From Nitriliruptoraceae bacterium (GTDB taxonomy: Bacteria > Actinomycetota > Nitriliruptoria > Nitriliruptorales > Nitriliruptoraceae), in the NCBI GenBank assembly GCA_050486225.1, contig JBJHCV010000002.1, forward strand, positions 216,377 through 248,376: DNA of 32,000 nucleotides. Direction: 5' to 3'. The position numbers and the translations under genes are program-made. The notes under the pieces were generated by a model. The model did not search any database, was not told the origin of the DNA, and saw nothing but the letters and a program-made list of their open reading frames with translations. Positions 1 to 9,902 of the stretch are shown in pieces (positions within the stretch are counted from its first letter, which is position 1; each line of letters begins with the position of its first letter).

Positions 1-947
1 GGCACTGCTGGGACCCCCGCCGGCGGCGTGCCGACCGGGCTCCACGTCGCGAGCACGGCGCGGATGGCCGTCACGGTGGCGAGCGGCTGGTCGAGCATGA
101 GGTGGTGGTGGGCCTCAGGCACCTCGACGAACGGCACCCCTGCGGCGCCTGCCGGCGAACCCTCGAGCAGTTCCGCCATGTAGTCACGGACGTTCTGGTC
201 CACGATCGCGGAGAGCGCTCCGTTGCAGATCGCGACCCGGCACGCGGCACGCGCGAGGTCCGGGGCGAATTCGCCCGGCGTCCTCGGCCCGCGGCGAGCC
301 GCGAAGACCGCGGGGTCGAACTTCCACGTCCAGCCCCCGCCGACCGGGCGCATGCTGTGGTGCGCCACGTGATCGAGCAGCCAGGTGTTCTCGCACGGCT
401 GGGGTGGCACGAGGTGGAAGTGCTCCCGAGCGGTTGCGCGGTCCGGGTAGGTCTTGGGGGCCCTGAGCATGCGCCCCGCACCGGAGTCGTCTGACTCGGG
501 GTCGGGACGGCGGATCGGGGTGTCGAGCACGATCACCCCGTCGAGCCTCGCGCCGTGACTGGCCGCGGCGACGACGGTGACGAAGCCTCCCATCGAGTGT
601 CCCACGACCACGGGCCGGCCGGTCCCGCCGGAGTGGTCCGCGACGGCGAGCACCTCGCGCACCCACTGCTGTGGGTGGTACTCGTCACGATGATCGCTGT
701 CGCCGTGGCCGGACAGGTCGATCGCCACGACACGATGGTGCTCGGCGAGCAGCGGTGCGAGTGCCTGCCACCAGCGAGCATGGGCCGCTCCCCCGTGGAC
801 CAGGACCAGCGTGGGCGCACTGCGCGAACCCCACGTCACGTGGTGGATCCGGGCACCGTCGACCATGACGGTCGCACACGTCCCGACGTCCCCGGCGGCA
901 CGCTGGAACCAGAGGGGCGCGGCTGCCAGGTCGACCTCGTCCGCCAT
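1..947 (-). CDS. alpha/beta hydrolase family protein (C-terminus cut by window start)
   Basis: Reverse-strand reading from ATG at 947 gives MADEVDLAAA...VLVHGGAAHARWWQALAPLL...VVAIDLSGHGDSD...VVVGHSMGGFVTVVAAA. It has the HG motif, GHSMGG nucleophile elbow and a downstream DH...H region. The frame stays open to the window edge, so it is missing from the ORF track. Confidence 0.88.
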   Translation of the reverse strand, partial: MADEVDLAAAPLWFQRAAGDVGTCATVMVDGARIHHVTWGSRSAPTLVLVHGGAAHARWWQALAPLLAEHHRVVAIDLSGHGDSDHRDEYHPQQWVREVLAVADHSGGTGRPVVVGHSMGGFVTVVAAASHGARLDGVIVLDTPIRRPDPESDDSGAGRMLRAPKTYPDRATAREHFHLVPPQPCENTWLLDHVAHHSMRPVGGGWTWKFDPAVFAARRGPRTPGEFAPDLARAACRVAICNGALSAIVDQNVRDYMAELLEGSPAGAAGVPFVEVPEAHHHLMLDQPLATVTAIRAVLATWSPVGTPPAGVPAV

Positions 948-1096
948 CGACGCTCCTCGAGTCCTGTCGAGTCCGCTCCCCCGGCCCTCGGTCCCCAGCC
1001 TACTGAGCGGGCGCATGGGACCGGTCCGTCGACTCCACGCACCTGGGGACGGCCGGAGGGATAGCGTCCGCCCGTCACCCCGCGAACGAGACTCTG

Positions 1097-2032
1097 ATGT
1101 CCAGCGCCCCGATGCGCGTCGAACGCTACGGCCCGGTCGAGGTCGTCCTGCTGGTCGTGCTGGCCTCGATGTGGGGGCTGTCCTTCCTGTTCGTCGAGGT
1201 GGCGATCACCGCGGTGGCACCGCTGTGGATCGTCAGCATCCGCACGGCTGTGGGCGGCCTGGTGCTGCTGGTCGCAGTCCTGGTGACCCGCACAGGCCTT
1301 CCGCGCGACTGGTCGACGTGGCGCCACCTCACGGTGCTCGCGGTGATGAACAACGCGGTGCCCTGGACCGCCATCGCGTGGGCCCAGCAGACGATCCCCT
1401 CGGGACTGACCGCGCTGCTGATGGCCCTGGTACCGACGAGCACCCTGGTGATCTCCGTGCTCGTCGGGCTCGAGCGGTTCACCGTGGCACGTGTCGTGGG
1501 ACTGCTGGTGTCTCTCGCGGGTGTGGCCGCGATCGTGCTCGACGACGTCTCGTCTCCGGGCAGGATGCTCAGCATCGCCGCGGTCGTCGCGGCGACCATG
1601 CTGTACGCGCTGAGCGGCGTGTACGCCAAGCGCATCCTGCAGGGACCGCTGCCCCCGCTGACGATCGCCACCGGGCAGGTCCTGTGCGCCTCGGTCATCA
1701 CGATGGCCACGAGCCTGCTGTTCGCCCCGGCACCAGACCTGGTGCTGCTCACCTGGCCCGTCGTCGCGTCACTCGCGTCCCTCGGCCTGTTCGGCACCGG
1801 GATCGCCTACATCATCCTCTACGCGCTGATCCACCGGGTCGGCCCCACCAACACCTCGATGGTCGCCTACCTCATCCCCGTGGTCGCGGTCATCGCCGGG
1901 ATCGTGGTGCTCGGCGAACGCCTGGGCGTCCGCGCGATGATCGGCGGTGCGCTGGTGATCGCCGGCATCTGGTTGTCACAGCGCACACGCACGCCCACCA
2001 CCGTGGAGCACCTCGGACAACGTCCGCGCTGA
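1097..2032 (+). CDS. EamA/DMT-family transporter
   Basis: 311 aa ORF with about 10 hydrophobic helices in two repeats and the motif [34 protein letters not shown], typical of the EamA family. Confidence 0.9.
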   Translation: MSSAPMRVERYGPVEVVLLVVLASMWGLSFLFVEVAITAVAPLWIVSIRTAVGGLVLLVAVLVTRTGLPRDWSTWRHLTVLAVMNNAVPWTAIAWAQQTIPSGLTALLMALVPTSTLVISVLVGLERFTVARVVGLLVSLAGVAAIVLDDVSSPGRMLSIAAVVAATMLYALSGVYAKRILQGPLPPLTIATGQVLCASVITMATSLLFAPAPDLVLLTWPVVASLASLGLFGTGIAYIILYALIHRVGPTNTSMVAYLIPVVAVIAGIVVLGERLGVRAMIGGALVIAGIWLSQRTRTPTTVEHLGQRPR

Positions 2033-2142
2033 CCCGGCGCGTCCACCCCGGGGCGGGCCTCGGCGCTCGGTACGATCCGGTCCTCCGGGTCGATCCGGGT
2101 CCACCCGGCGACACCTGCGACCGCGATTGCCGAGGAGTCCCT

Positions 2143-2634
2143 GTGGCCGCCCGTTCGTCGCTGGGTCGCCTCCGCCGACCCTGGTGGGGTCTGGCGGCGT
2201 TGCTCGTCGCCCTGGTGGTCGTCGCGATCGTGACGCCCGACCGCGGCTCCACGCTGCCGGCCGTCCTGCCCGTCGCCCTGGTGCTCGTCGCGGGCTCGGG
2301 CGCCGTCGCCGTCGTCCTGGCCATCCGCCGCGGCCTGATCCTGCACCGCCCTGCCGACGATGTCGAGGCCCTCACCGAGGTCCGGGGACGACAGGCGATG
2401 TCGCTGTCCATGGCGCTCGCTCCGGTCCTGTTGGGAGGTGCACTCGCGGTCGTGTTCGGACATCGAGCGACCCTCTTCGCGGCGGCGGCCGTCGGTGCCG
2501 CGGCGGTCGTCGCGGGACTGCCCAGCCGGACCACGTTCGCCCGTGTCGACGCCTCGTGGAGCGAGCGCGGAGTCGACGCATCGATCCTGCGGGCGCTGGG
2601 CAGCGAACCACCGGCATCCCCACCCTCTCCCTGA
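2143..2634 (+). CDS. hypothetical small multi-pass membrane protein
   Basis: The C-terminal part of track ORF 811..2634 from a GTG start reads [35 protein letters not shown]... with several hydrophobic segments. It fills the gap between two confident genes. The exact start is uncertain. Confidence 0.6.
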   Translation: MAARSSLGRLRRPWWGLAALLVALVVVAIVTPDRGSTLPAVLPVALVLVAGSGAVAVVLAIRRGLILHRPADDVEALTEVRGRQAMSLSMALAPVLLGGALAVVFGHRATLFAAAAVGAAAVVAGLPSRTTFARVDASWSERGVDASILRALGSEPPASPPSP

Positions 2635-2651
2635 GCCCCAGGAGCGCGCAC

Positions 2652-3704
2652 GTGCCAACGACCGATGCCATCCTCATCGTCTCCTTCGGCGGGCCCGAGA
2701 GTCCCGACGACGTCATGCCGTTCCTCGAACGGGTGGTCGAGGGACGCAACGTGCCCCGTGAACGCCTCGAGGACGTGGCCGAGCACTACTTCGCGCACGG
2801 TGGACGCTCTCCGATCAACGACCAGAACCGGGCGCTGAAGGCCGCGGTCGAGGCCCTGCTGGCCACCGACGGTCCGGACCTCCCCGTGTACTGGGGCAAC
2901 CGCAACTGGGATCCGCTGCTCGCCGACACCCTGCGGGAGATGCGTGACGACGGTGTCGAGCGCGCACTGTGCTTCGTGACGTCGGCCTACTCCTCGTACT
3001 CGGGCTGCCGCCAGTACCGCGAGGACCTGGCCTCGGCGGCCGCCGAGGTCGGCGACGGGGTCCCGGAACTGCTGAAGCTCCGGGTCTACAACAACCACCC
3101 CGGATTCGTGGAACCCAACGTGGACGCCGTCCTGGAGGCGCTCGCAGGGCTCGATCCCGACCTGCGCGACGACGCCCGGATCGTGTTCGTGACCCACTCG
3201 ATCCCGCTGACGATGGCACGACACAGCGACTACGAGGCACAGCACCTGGACACGTGCCGACTGGTCATGGACCGCGTCGGACCACGCCCGTGGGACCTCG
3301 TGTACTGCTCGCGTTCGGGTCCCCCACAGATCCCGTGGCTCGAACCGGACGTCAACGACCACCTCGAGGTGCTCGCCGGTGACGGGGTCCCTGCGGTGGT
3401 CGTGGCCCCGATCGGGTTCGTCAGCGACCACATGGAGGTGATCCACGACCTCGACGTGGAGGCACGCGAGACCGCCGACGAACACGGGCTCGCGTTCGTC
3501 CGTGCCGCGACGGTCGGCACCGATCCGCGGTTCGTGCGACTCGTACGAGACCTCGCCGTCGAACGCATCGAGGGCGAGGATCGACCCTGCCTGGGCCTCC
3601 GCGGGCCGGGACACGACCTGTGCCCGGTCGACTGCTGCCGGACCCCGGACCAGCCGCAGCGTGCGACCGTCAACGACGCGCCTGCCCCGCGGCGTCCGTC
3701 CTGA
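2652..3704 (+). CDS. hemH: ferrochelatase family protein (protoporphyrin/coproporphyrin)
   Basis: [35 protein letters not shown]...[17 protein letters not shown]...[16 protein letters not shown]...[12 protein letters not shown]...FVTHSIP. Conserved ferrochelatase motifs. GTG start. Confidence 0.93.
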   Translation: MPTTDAILIVSFGGPESPDDVMPFLERVVEGRNVPRERLEDVAEHYFAHGGRSPINDQNRALKAAVEALLATDGPDLPVYWGNRNWDPLLADTLREMRDDGVERALCFVTSAYSSYSGCRQYREDLASAAAEVGDGVPELLKLRVYNNHPGFVEPNVDAVLEALAGLDPDLRDDARIVFVTHSIPLTMARHSDYEAQHLDTCRLVMDRVGPRPWDLVYCSRSGPPQIPWLEPDVNDHLEVLAGDGVPAVVVAPIGFVSDHMEVIHDLDVEARETADEHGLAFVRAATVGTDPRFVRLVRDLAVERIEGEDRPCLGLRGPGHDLCPVDCCRTPDQPQRATVNDAPAPRRPS

Positions 3705-3764
3705 CCGTGTGCCACACTCGCCCGATCACGTTGCCGTCCGCGCCACGTCCAGGGAGGCCACACG

Positions 3765-4034
3765 ATGAGTGACGATCCCCGAACCCCACGCCGAGGTCCC
3801 GCGGCCGTCGAGGCAGCCATCGACGAGTTCGAACTGCGCGAACGGGTCGACGAGACCGACCGCGCGCACCCGGACGCGATGCTCGACCTGTCGTGGGTGC
3901 GCGACCGCATCGACGTCGTGCGCCGGGCGGCCGACGCCGACATCGTCACGGCGGAGGAGGCCCTCGAGTGGATCGCCGCCGTCGTCGGCCGTGAACTGCC
4001 CGACACCCTCGACGAGGACCGGGACCGTGACTGA
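3765..4034 (+). CDS. hypothetical small acidic protein
   Basis: 89 aa ORF MSDDPRTPRRG... preceded by an AGGGAGG Shine-Dalgarno. Plausible intergenic placement. No family recognised. Confidence 0.6.
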   Translation: MSDDPRTPRRGPAAVEAAIDEFELRERVDETDRAHPDAMLDLSWVRDRIDVVRRAADADIVTAEEALEWIAAVVGRELPDTLDEDRDRD

Positions 4035-4097
4035 CCGTGACTGACCACGCCCACCCGGCCGGGGCACGATGATCCTCCCGTCCCGTACCGTGTCCTG

Positions 4098-4775
4098 ATG
4101 GAACTGGTCCTGCTGCGTCACGCGCAGCCCGAGTGGGATCGTGGCGACATCGCGCAGGTCGATCCGGGTCTGACGACCGTCGGGGTCCGTCAGGCGCGAA
4201 TGGCCGCCCATCGACTCGGTGCCGAGCACTTCGACCGCCTGCTGATCTCGACCGCGCGTCGAGCGCAGCAGACCGCGGTCCCGGTGCGGCGTGCGCTGGC
4301 GCACGTCCAGACCGACGACCGCAAGTGGCTCCACGAGATCCGGATGCCCGCGGCATGGCAGGGAACCCCGTCCCAGGAGGTCAACCGCGCGCTGCGCGAC
4401 GCCCGGGCACGCACCCGGGAGGAGTGGTGGGAAGGCATGCCCGGTGGCGAGAACTTCCACGACTTCCACGCCCGTGTCACCATCGGCCTCGACACCGAGT
4501 TGGCCGAACTCGGGGCGAAGCGTGACGACCAGGGCCTGTGGACCATTCCCGACGAGCCCCTGCGCGTCCTGATGATCGCCCACGCCGGGACGAACTCGGT
4601 CGTGCTCGGCCACCTGCTCGGGCTCGAGCCCGAACCGTGGGAGTGGGAACGGTTCTCCTCGGACCATGCGTCGATCACCGTGCTGCGCGCCATCCCGATC
4701 TCGGTCGGCCACATCTTCAGCCTCCAGAGCTTCAGTGACGTCAGCCACCTACCACCGGAACTCGTCACCGGCTGA
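4098..4775 (+). CDS. histidine phosphatase family (phosphoglycerate mutase-like) protein
   Basis: MELVLLRHAQPEWDRGDIAQVDPGLTTVGVRQARMAAHRL contains the RHAQ/RHG signature. Second histidine at MIAHAGTNSVVLGHLLG. Confidence 0.9.
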   Translation: MELVLLRHAQPEWDRGDIAQVDPGLTTVGVRQARMAAHRLGAEHFDRLLISTARRAQQTAVPVRRALAHVQTDDRKWLHEIRMPAAWQGTPSQEVNRALRDARARTREEWWEGMPGGENFHDFHARVTIGLDTELAELGAKRDDQGLWTIPDEPLRVLMIAHAGTNSVVLGHLLGLEPEPWEWERFSSDHASITVLRAIPISVGHIFSLQSFSDVSHLPPELVTG

Positions 4776-4826
4776 GCCGAAGGCGTCACGTCGGAGCACC
4801 CGACCCACCACCCGAAGGGGTCACGG

Positions 4827-6113
4827 TTGTCCACGAACATCCCCCAACCCTGGGGACCCGTCATCGAGGGCCGCGCCCGACGTCGCCGTCGGTTCCTTGT
4901 CCTCGCGCTCACCCTGCTCGTGGGTGTCCCGGTCCTCGCGGCGCTCGTCGGGCTCGGCGTCGGAGCCTGGGTCGGCTCACAGATCCCTCGAGCCCCCGTG
5001 GCGGAACTCGCCGACGGCGGACGGCCGATGCACGTGCTCGTGGTGGGTTCGGACAGCCGTGCGGGCCTGACGGAACAGGAGCGTCGTGAACTGACGACGG
5101 GGATGGTCGACGGGGAACGCGCCGACACGATCATGGTGATGACGATCGATCGTGGGCGCGTCGCGCTGCTCGCCCTGCCGCGCGACCTGTGGGTGACGAG
5201 GTGTGACGGCACCACGGGGAGGATCAACGCCGCCATCGCGATCGACGGCCTCGACTGCATGGTGCGCACGGTCCACAACGCGACGGGTATCCGGGTCCAC
5301 CACGTCGTCGAGGTCACCTTCGGGGGGTTCCGCGACGTCGTCGACGCCGTCGGTGGCGTCGAACTGTGCCTCGAGGAGGCGATCGCCGATCGAGACGCCG
5401 GCATCGACCTGCCGGCAGGCTGCCAGGTCCTCGACGGCGCCGACGCCCTGGGGTTCGTCCGAGTGCGCAAGATCGACGACGACTTCCGGCGCATCGAACG
5501 CCAGAAGCAGTTCGTCGCCGCACTCGCCCGCGAACTGACGTCACCAGCCATGCTCGTCAACCCGGTGCGCACGGTGCGGGTCGCACGCGACTCCGGCTCC
5601 GCGGTCACGGTCGACGACCGCATGGGCACGTTGTCGCTCGCACGGATCGCCTGGGGTCTGCGGACGGTCGCCGGGGGTGGTGCCTCCAGCCACGTGGTGC
5701 CCGTCACGCCGCGGACGACGTCGGACGGCGCCTGGGTGCTCGACCCGGTGGTGGCGGAGGCCGAACCGCTCTTCTCACGGTTCCGAACCGGAGCGATCCT
5801 GGACGACGTGGCACGGACGGACGCGGACGCCGCGCAACTCGCGCCTCACGACATCGACGTCGCGGTGCTCAACGGTTCGGGTGTCTCCGGCGCCGCTGGC
5901 CAGACCGCAGATCTGCTGAGTGGTGGGGGCTTCGTCGTCGTCGGGATCGACAACGCGCCCCTGCGTGCGACGTCGCTGGTCATGTACCCGCCCGGCCAGC
6001 GCGCTCACGCCGCGTTCGTGGCCGGGACACTGGGAATCGGCGAGTACGACGAGACCGACGCCGTGTCGGTCGTGACGGTGGTGCTCGGCGCCGACCACGG
6101 AGGTTCCTCGTGA
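4827..6113 (+). CDS. LCP (LytR-CpsA-Psr) family protein with C-terminal LytR_C-like domain
   Basis: N-terminal TM, then VLVVGSDSRAG...RADTIMVMTIDRGRVALLALPRDLWV...VTFGGFRDVVDAVGGVELCL...GFVRVRKIDDDFRRIERQKQF. C-terminal DIDVAVLNGSGVSGAAGQTADLL. TTG start with a GAAGGGG SD. Confidence 0.92.
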   Translation: MSTNIPQPWGPVIEGRARRRRRFLVLALTLLVGVPVLAALVGLGVGAWVGSQIPRAPVAELADGGRPMHVLVVGSDSRAGLTEQERRELTTGMVDGERADTIMVMTIDRGRVALLALPRDLWVTRCDGTTGRINAAIAIDGLDCMVRTVHNATGIRVHHVVEVTFGGFRDVVDAVGGVELCLEEAIADRDAGIDLPAGCQVLDGADALGFVRVRKIDDDFRRIERQKQFVAALARELTSPAMLVNPVRTVRVARDSGSAVTVDDRMGTLSLARIAWGLRTVAGGGASSHVVPVTPRTTSDGAWVLDPVVAEAEPLFSRFRTGAILDDVARTDADAAQLAPHDIDVAVLNGSGVSGAAGQTADLLSGGGFVVVGIDNAPLRATSLVMYPPGQRAHAAFVAGTLGIGEYDETDAVSVVTVVLGADHGGSS

Positions 6114-6601
6114 CCACACGCACACCGGTGCTCCTGGCCGTCTGCCTCGGCAACATCTGCCGCTCGCCCACGGCAGAGGCGGCCCTGCGCGAGGCCGCCG
6201 AGCAGGCCGGCGTGACCGTCGAGGTGCGGTCGGCGGGCACGGGGTCATGGCACGTCGGCGCACCGCCCGACCCCAGGATGCAGGCCGCCGCAGCGGACGA
6301 CGGACTCCACCTGTCCGGAATCGCCGAACAGGTGACCGCGACGATGCTCGAAGAGGCCGACGTCGTGTTCGCCATGGACCGGTCGAACCTGTCGGACCTG
6401 CAACGCATGGCGCGCGACGTCGGCATCGACACACCCATCCACCTGTTCCGGGACTTCGACCCGCAACTGCAGGGCCAGACGGTCACAGCGGACGTGCCGG
6501 ATCCGTATTACGGTGGCCCCGACGGATTCGTCGACGTCGTCCGGATGTGCCGCCGGACGGCGCACACCGTCATCGGCCGCCTGGACGAACTGCTCGCCTG
6601 A
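6110..6601 (+). CDS. low molecular weight protein-tyrosine-phosphatase
   Basis: VTTRTPVLLAVCLGNICRSPTAEAALR is the CX5R(S) P-loop signature. C-terminal DVPDPYYGGPDGF. GTG start overlaps the LCP stop. Confidence 0.93.
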   Translation: MTTRTPVLLAVCLGNICRSPTAEAALREAAEQAGVTVEVRSAGTGSWHVGAPPDPRMQAAAADDGLHLSGIAEQVTATMLEEADVVFAMDRSNLSDLQRMARDVGIDTPIHLFRDFDPQLQGQTVTADVPDPYYGGPDGFVDVVRMCRRTAHTVIGRLDELLA

Positions 6602-6684
6602 ACGAGCCCGGACTCCCGGTGCGCCGATCCGTCCCATCCGCTCACGGCGTGGGCACCACGTCGTGCCGCCCTGCGAGGTCCTCC

Positions 6685-7044
6685 ATGGGAATCGTCATCC
6701 GGGTGCTGATCAACGCGGCCGCACTGTGGGTCGCCATCGCCATCCTCGATGGCATCAATCTCGAGGGTGACTCGTTCGCGGCCCTGCTCGGCATCGCGAT
6801 CGTGCTCGGCGTCGTCAACGTCGTGATCCGGCCCCTGCTCGTCCTGCTGTCGCTTCCCCTGGTCGTCCTGACGCTCGGGATCTTCCTGCTGATCGTCAAC
6901 ACCGTGGCGATGTGGCTGGTGATCGTCATCTCCGACGCGCTCGGCTTCGGCCTGTCCAGCGCCGGGTTCGGATGGACGTTCGCCGCCGCGCTGGTCGTCT
7001 CGATCGTGTCCTGGCTGCTCGAGGCGTTCACCGGCCGACGCTGA
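6685..7044 (+). CDS. phage holin family protein (PF04020-type small 4-TM membrane protein)
   Basis: MGIVIRVLINAAALWVAIAILDGINLEGDSFAALLGIAIVLGVVNVVIRPLLVLLSLPLVVLTLGIFLLIVNTVAMWL. The NxxIRPLLxLLxLPlxxLTLG motif is typical. Confidence 0.85.
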   Translation: MGIVIRVLINAAALWVAIAILDGINLEGDSFAALLGIAIVLGVVNVVIRPLLVLLSLPLVVLTLGIFLLIVNTVAMWLVIVISDALGFGLSSAGFGWTFAAALVVSIVSWLLEAFTGRR

Positions 7045-7423
7045 GACGCTCCAACGCGGTCACGAGTTCGTCGGGCGCACGAGTCGGACGCCCGTGCAGG
7101 TCGGTGATCGCCGAACGAAGGTCGTTGGTCGCGACGACCTCGTCACCACGGGTGAGCGTCTGCTGCCACCGCGACGACGCAGGACGGATCTCCACGACCT
7201 CGCTGCGCACGTCGAGTTCGTCGCCCGCAACCACCGCTCGCCGGAAGCACACGTCGACCCGTGCCACCACGAGCTGGAAGCCGAGCCGGGCGAGCCGCGG
7301 GAGCCCGACCCCCAGTTCCTCGAGCAGGTCGACTCGTGCCTGCTCGAACCAGTGCAGGTACACCGCGTGGTTGACGTGCCCGTACGGGTCGAGTTCGTGG
7401 AACCGCACCCGGATCCGGGTCAC
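7028..7423 (-). CDS. acyl-CoA thioesterase, 4HBT/hotdog fold
   Basis: MTRIRVRFHELDPYGHVNHAVYLHWFEQARVDLLEELG is the 4-hydroxybenzoyl-CoA thioesterase motif. Confidence 0.88.
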   Translation of the reverse strand: MTRIRVRFHELDPYGHVNHAVYLHWFEQARVDLLEELGVGLPRLARLGFQLVVARVDVCFRRAVVAGDELDVRSEVVEIRPASSRWQQTLTRGDEVVATNDLRSAITDLHGRPTRAPDELVTALERLSVGR

Positions 7424-8442
7424 GCGCCCACCGCGAGCGTCCAGCCGTGCACGTCGTCGCGCAGCCCACGCTGGATGTCGTGGAGCACGGCGCGCAGCCG
7501 TTGCGTGACGACGCCGACCTCACCGTCGCCCACGGTGACTCGGTCACCGCCGATGACGAGCGTGCCCACCCCTGACAGCACCGCGGCCGTTCCGCTGAGC
7601 GCGGCCTCGCCGTGCGCGGCCCACGCCCGCAGTTCCTCGACCGTGACGTGTCGTTCCTCGACGGTCAGCCCGAGGTCACGGGCGAGGGTGAGCACCGAGT
7701 CACGCGTCACCCCGTGCAGGAAGGTCGCGTCCAGCGATCGAGTGACCACCCGCTCCTCGTCCAGCAGCAGGAAGTTCGCCGCCCCGGTCTCCTGCACGTC
7801 GCCACCCGGCGCGAACAGGATCTGGTCGGCGTCGTGCTCGGCCCGCGCCCGCAGCGTCGGGCCCAGGGCCATCGCGTAGTTGGCGCCGGTCTTGATCCGG
7901 CCGAACTGCGGCGTGGTGCGCGGCAGGTCCGTCTCGACGTAGAGGGTCAGCGGTCGCTGGCCACGGGCGAAGTAGTCCCCGACCGGGCTGGCCACCACGA
8001 TCAGCAACGCCTCGGACGACGGCGCTGCGGCGGCCCCGATGTTGGGTTCGGTCCCCAGCAGCACAGGACGCACGTACAGCGCTCCGGGCGCGTCGGGCAC
8101 GTGTTCGAGGTTCTCCGAGACCACCGCGGCGATCATGTCGAGCACGAGGCGTTCCCCGGGGTCGGGCAGGTGCAGGGAACGTGCCGAGGCGCACAGTCGC
8201 GCGGCGTGGGCATCGGCACGGAAGATCCGCACGACCCCATCGTCACCGCGATGCGCCTTGAGGCCCTCGAAGCAGGCACTGCCGTAGTGCAGTGCGTGTG
8301 CGAACGGGTGGAGCGCCAGCGGGCGGACCGGCTCGGCGCGCGGGGCGGTGAACACGCCGTCGACCGTCTCGGCGACGATCATGGTCGGCGCCTCGACGGT
8401 GCCGAACGGCGCCGTGGTCGACGCCGGGACGCTGCTGCTCAT
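7420..8442 (-). CDS. ilvE: branched-chain amino acid aminotransferase (class IV PLP enzyme)
   Basis: YGSACFEGLKAHRGDDG...RPVLLGTEPNIG...TNYAMALGPTLRA...GDVQETGAANFLLL...GTAAVLSGVG...GEVGVVTQRLRAVLHDIQRGLRDDVHGWTL. Matches type II BCAT organisation. Confidence 0.87.
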   Translation of the reverse strand: MSSSVPASTTAPFGTVEAPTMIVAETVDGVFTAPRAEPVRPLALHPFAHALHYGSACFEGLKAHRGDDGVVRIFRADAHAARLCASARSLHLPDPGERLVLDMIAAVVSENLEHVPDAPGALYVRPVLLGTEPNIGAAAAPSSEALLIVVASPVGDYFARGQRPLTLYVETDLPRTTPQFGRIKTGANYAMALGPTLRARAEHDADQILFAPGGDVQETGAANFLLLDEERVVTRSLDATFLHGVTRDSVLTLARDLGLTVEERHVTVEELRAWAAHGEAALSGTAAVLSGVGTLVIGGDRVTVGDGEVGVVTQRLRAVLHDIQRGLRDDVHGWTLAVGA

Positions 8443-8534
8443 CGGATGCCTCCTCGACGCGTGGGCGGAGGGTAGTCCGCGCCGGGGCCGAGTACCGTCC
8501 CCGGCCGGAGCCGTCCGGCCTGACAGGAGGACCC

Positions 8535-9902
8535 GTGCCGCTCGTCGAGGAACTCGCGGACGCGATGGGTGACCGGGGGCTGATCACCGACCCGGACATC
8601 CTCGAGACCTACCGCTGGGACCGCACCACCTGGGTGACTCCCGGACACCCGGTGGCCGCGGTGTTCCCCACGACGACCGCCCAGGTGTCGGCCGCCATCC
8701 AGATCGCCGGTGCCCACGGCGTACCGGTGATCCCGCGCGGGGCGGGGAGCAGTCTGTGTGCCGGGTCGCAGGCCCGGGACGGCAGCCTGATCCTGTGCCT
8801 GGAGCGCATGAACCGCATCCTCGACATCGACCCCGCCGACCAGGTGGCCCTGGTCGAGCCCGGCGTGATCAATGCGGCAATCTCGACCGCTGGGGCCGAG
8901 CACGGCCTGTGGTATCCCCCGGACCCGGCCAGCCAGGCGTTCTGCTCCATCGGAGGCAACATCGCCACCAACGCGGGCGGGCTGTGCTGTGTCAAGTACG
9001 GGGTGACCCGCGACTACGTGCTCGGTCTCGAGGTGGTGCTGGCGGACGGAACCGTCATCGAGACGGGCCGCCAGACCATCAAGGGAGTCGCCGGACTCGA
9101 CCTGACGTCGCTGTTCGTCGGCTCGGAGGGCACGCTCGGCGTCGTGACGCGGATCCGGCTGCGGATGCGGCCCGCACCCGTCGGCGCGTCGACGGCCGTC
9201 GCGTACTTCCCGAGCCTCGGTACGGCGGGCGAGGCCGTGACCTCCATCGTTCGTTCGGGGCTCGTCCTGTCCCTGATGGAGATGATGGACCACACCACGA
9301 TCAGTGCCGTCGACGACGTGTACCCGATGGACCTCGACCGGGACGCCGCCGCGCTGCTGCTCCTGCAGTCGGACAGCGAACCACCCGTCCGCGACGCGGA
9401 GATCGGCCGCGCCGTCGAACTGTGTGAACGCGCGGGCGCCGGTTGGGTGGCCTCGACCGACGACGACGACGAGTCCGAGGCCCTGCTGCAGGCCCGTCGG
9501 CTCGCGATCCCCGCGCTCGAACAGCAGGGTGACACCCTGCTCGACGACGTCGCGGTGCCTCGCTCCGCCGTCGCCGACTACTTCGGACGTGCCGCGGACA
9601 TCGCCGATGCCCGTGACGTGGTGATCGGCAACTTCGGACACGCCGGTGACGGCAACCTCCACCCGACCATCGTGATCCCCCGCGGTGACGACGACGCGAT
9701 GCACCGCGCCCGCGGCGCGTTCGACGACCTCGTCGTCGCAGCGCTCGACCTCGGCGGCACGATCACGGGTGAGCACGGCGTGGGGCAGATCAAGCAGCCG
9801 TTCCTCGAACGGGAGATCGGCGCAGACAACCTCGCACTGCAACGGCGGATCAAGCAGACGCTGGACCCCGGGAACCTGCTGAACCCGGGTCGCTGGCTGT
9901 GA
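8535..9902 (+). CDS. FAD-binding oxidase, GlcD/glycolate oxidase-like subunit
   Basis: GVPVIPRGAGSSLCAGSQA...GGNIATNAGGLCCVKYGVTRDYVLGLEVVLADG...LFVGSEGTLGVVTRI...GNFGHAGDGNLHPTIV...GTITGEHGVGQIKQPFL. GTG start with an AGGAGG SD. Confidence 0.93.
   Translation: MPLVEELADAMGDRGLITDPDILETYRWDRTTWVTPGHPVAAVFPTTTAQVSAAIQIAGAHGVPVIPRGAGSSLCAGSQARDGSLILCLERMNRILDIDPADQVALVEPGVINAAISTAGAEHGLWYPPDPASQAFCSIGGNIATNAGGLCCVKYGVTRDYVLGLEVVLADGTVIETGRQTIKGVAGLDLTSLFVGSEGTLGVVTRIRLRMRPAPVGASTAVAYFPSLGTAGEAVTSIVRSGLVLSLMEMMDHTTISAVDDVYPMDLDRDAAALLLLQSDSEPPVRDAEIGRAVELCERAGAGWVASTDDDDESEALLQARRLAIPALEQQGDTLLDDVAVPRSAVADYFGRAADIADARDVVIGNFGHAGDGNLHPTIVIPRGDDDAMHRARGAFDDLVVAALDLGGTITGEHGVGQIKQPFLEREIGADNLALQRRIKQTLDPGNLLNPGRWL

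Noticed and set aside
811-2142. N-terminal two thirds of ORF 811..2634
   Set aside because: Runs antisense to the hydrolase start and out of frame through the EamA transporter. Only the 2143..2634 tail was kept.
1890-3614. 574-aa minus-strand ORF
   Set aside because: Antisense shadow of ferrochelatase and the small membrane protein.
6685-7044. 'Phage holin family' protein as evidence of a prophage
   Set aside because: This family is a common chromosomal membrane protein in bacteria. No phage genes surround it.
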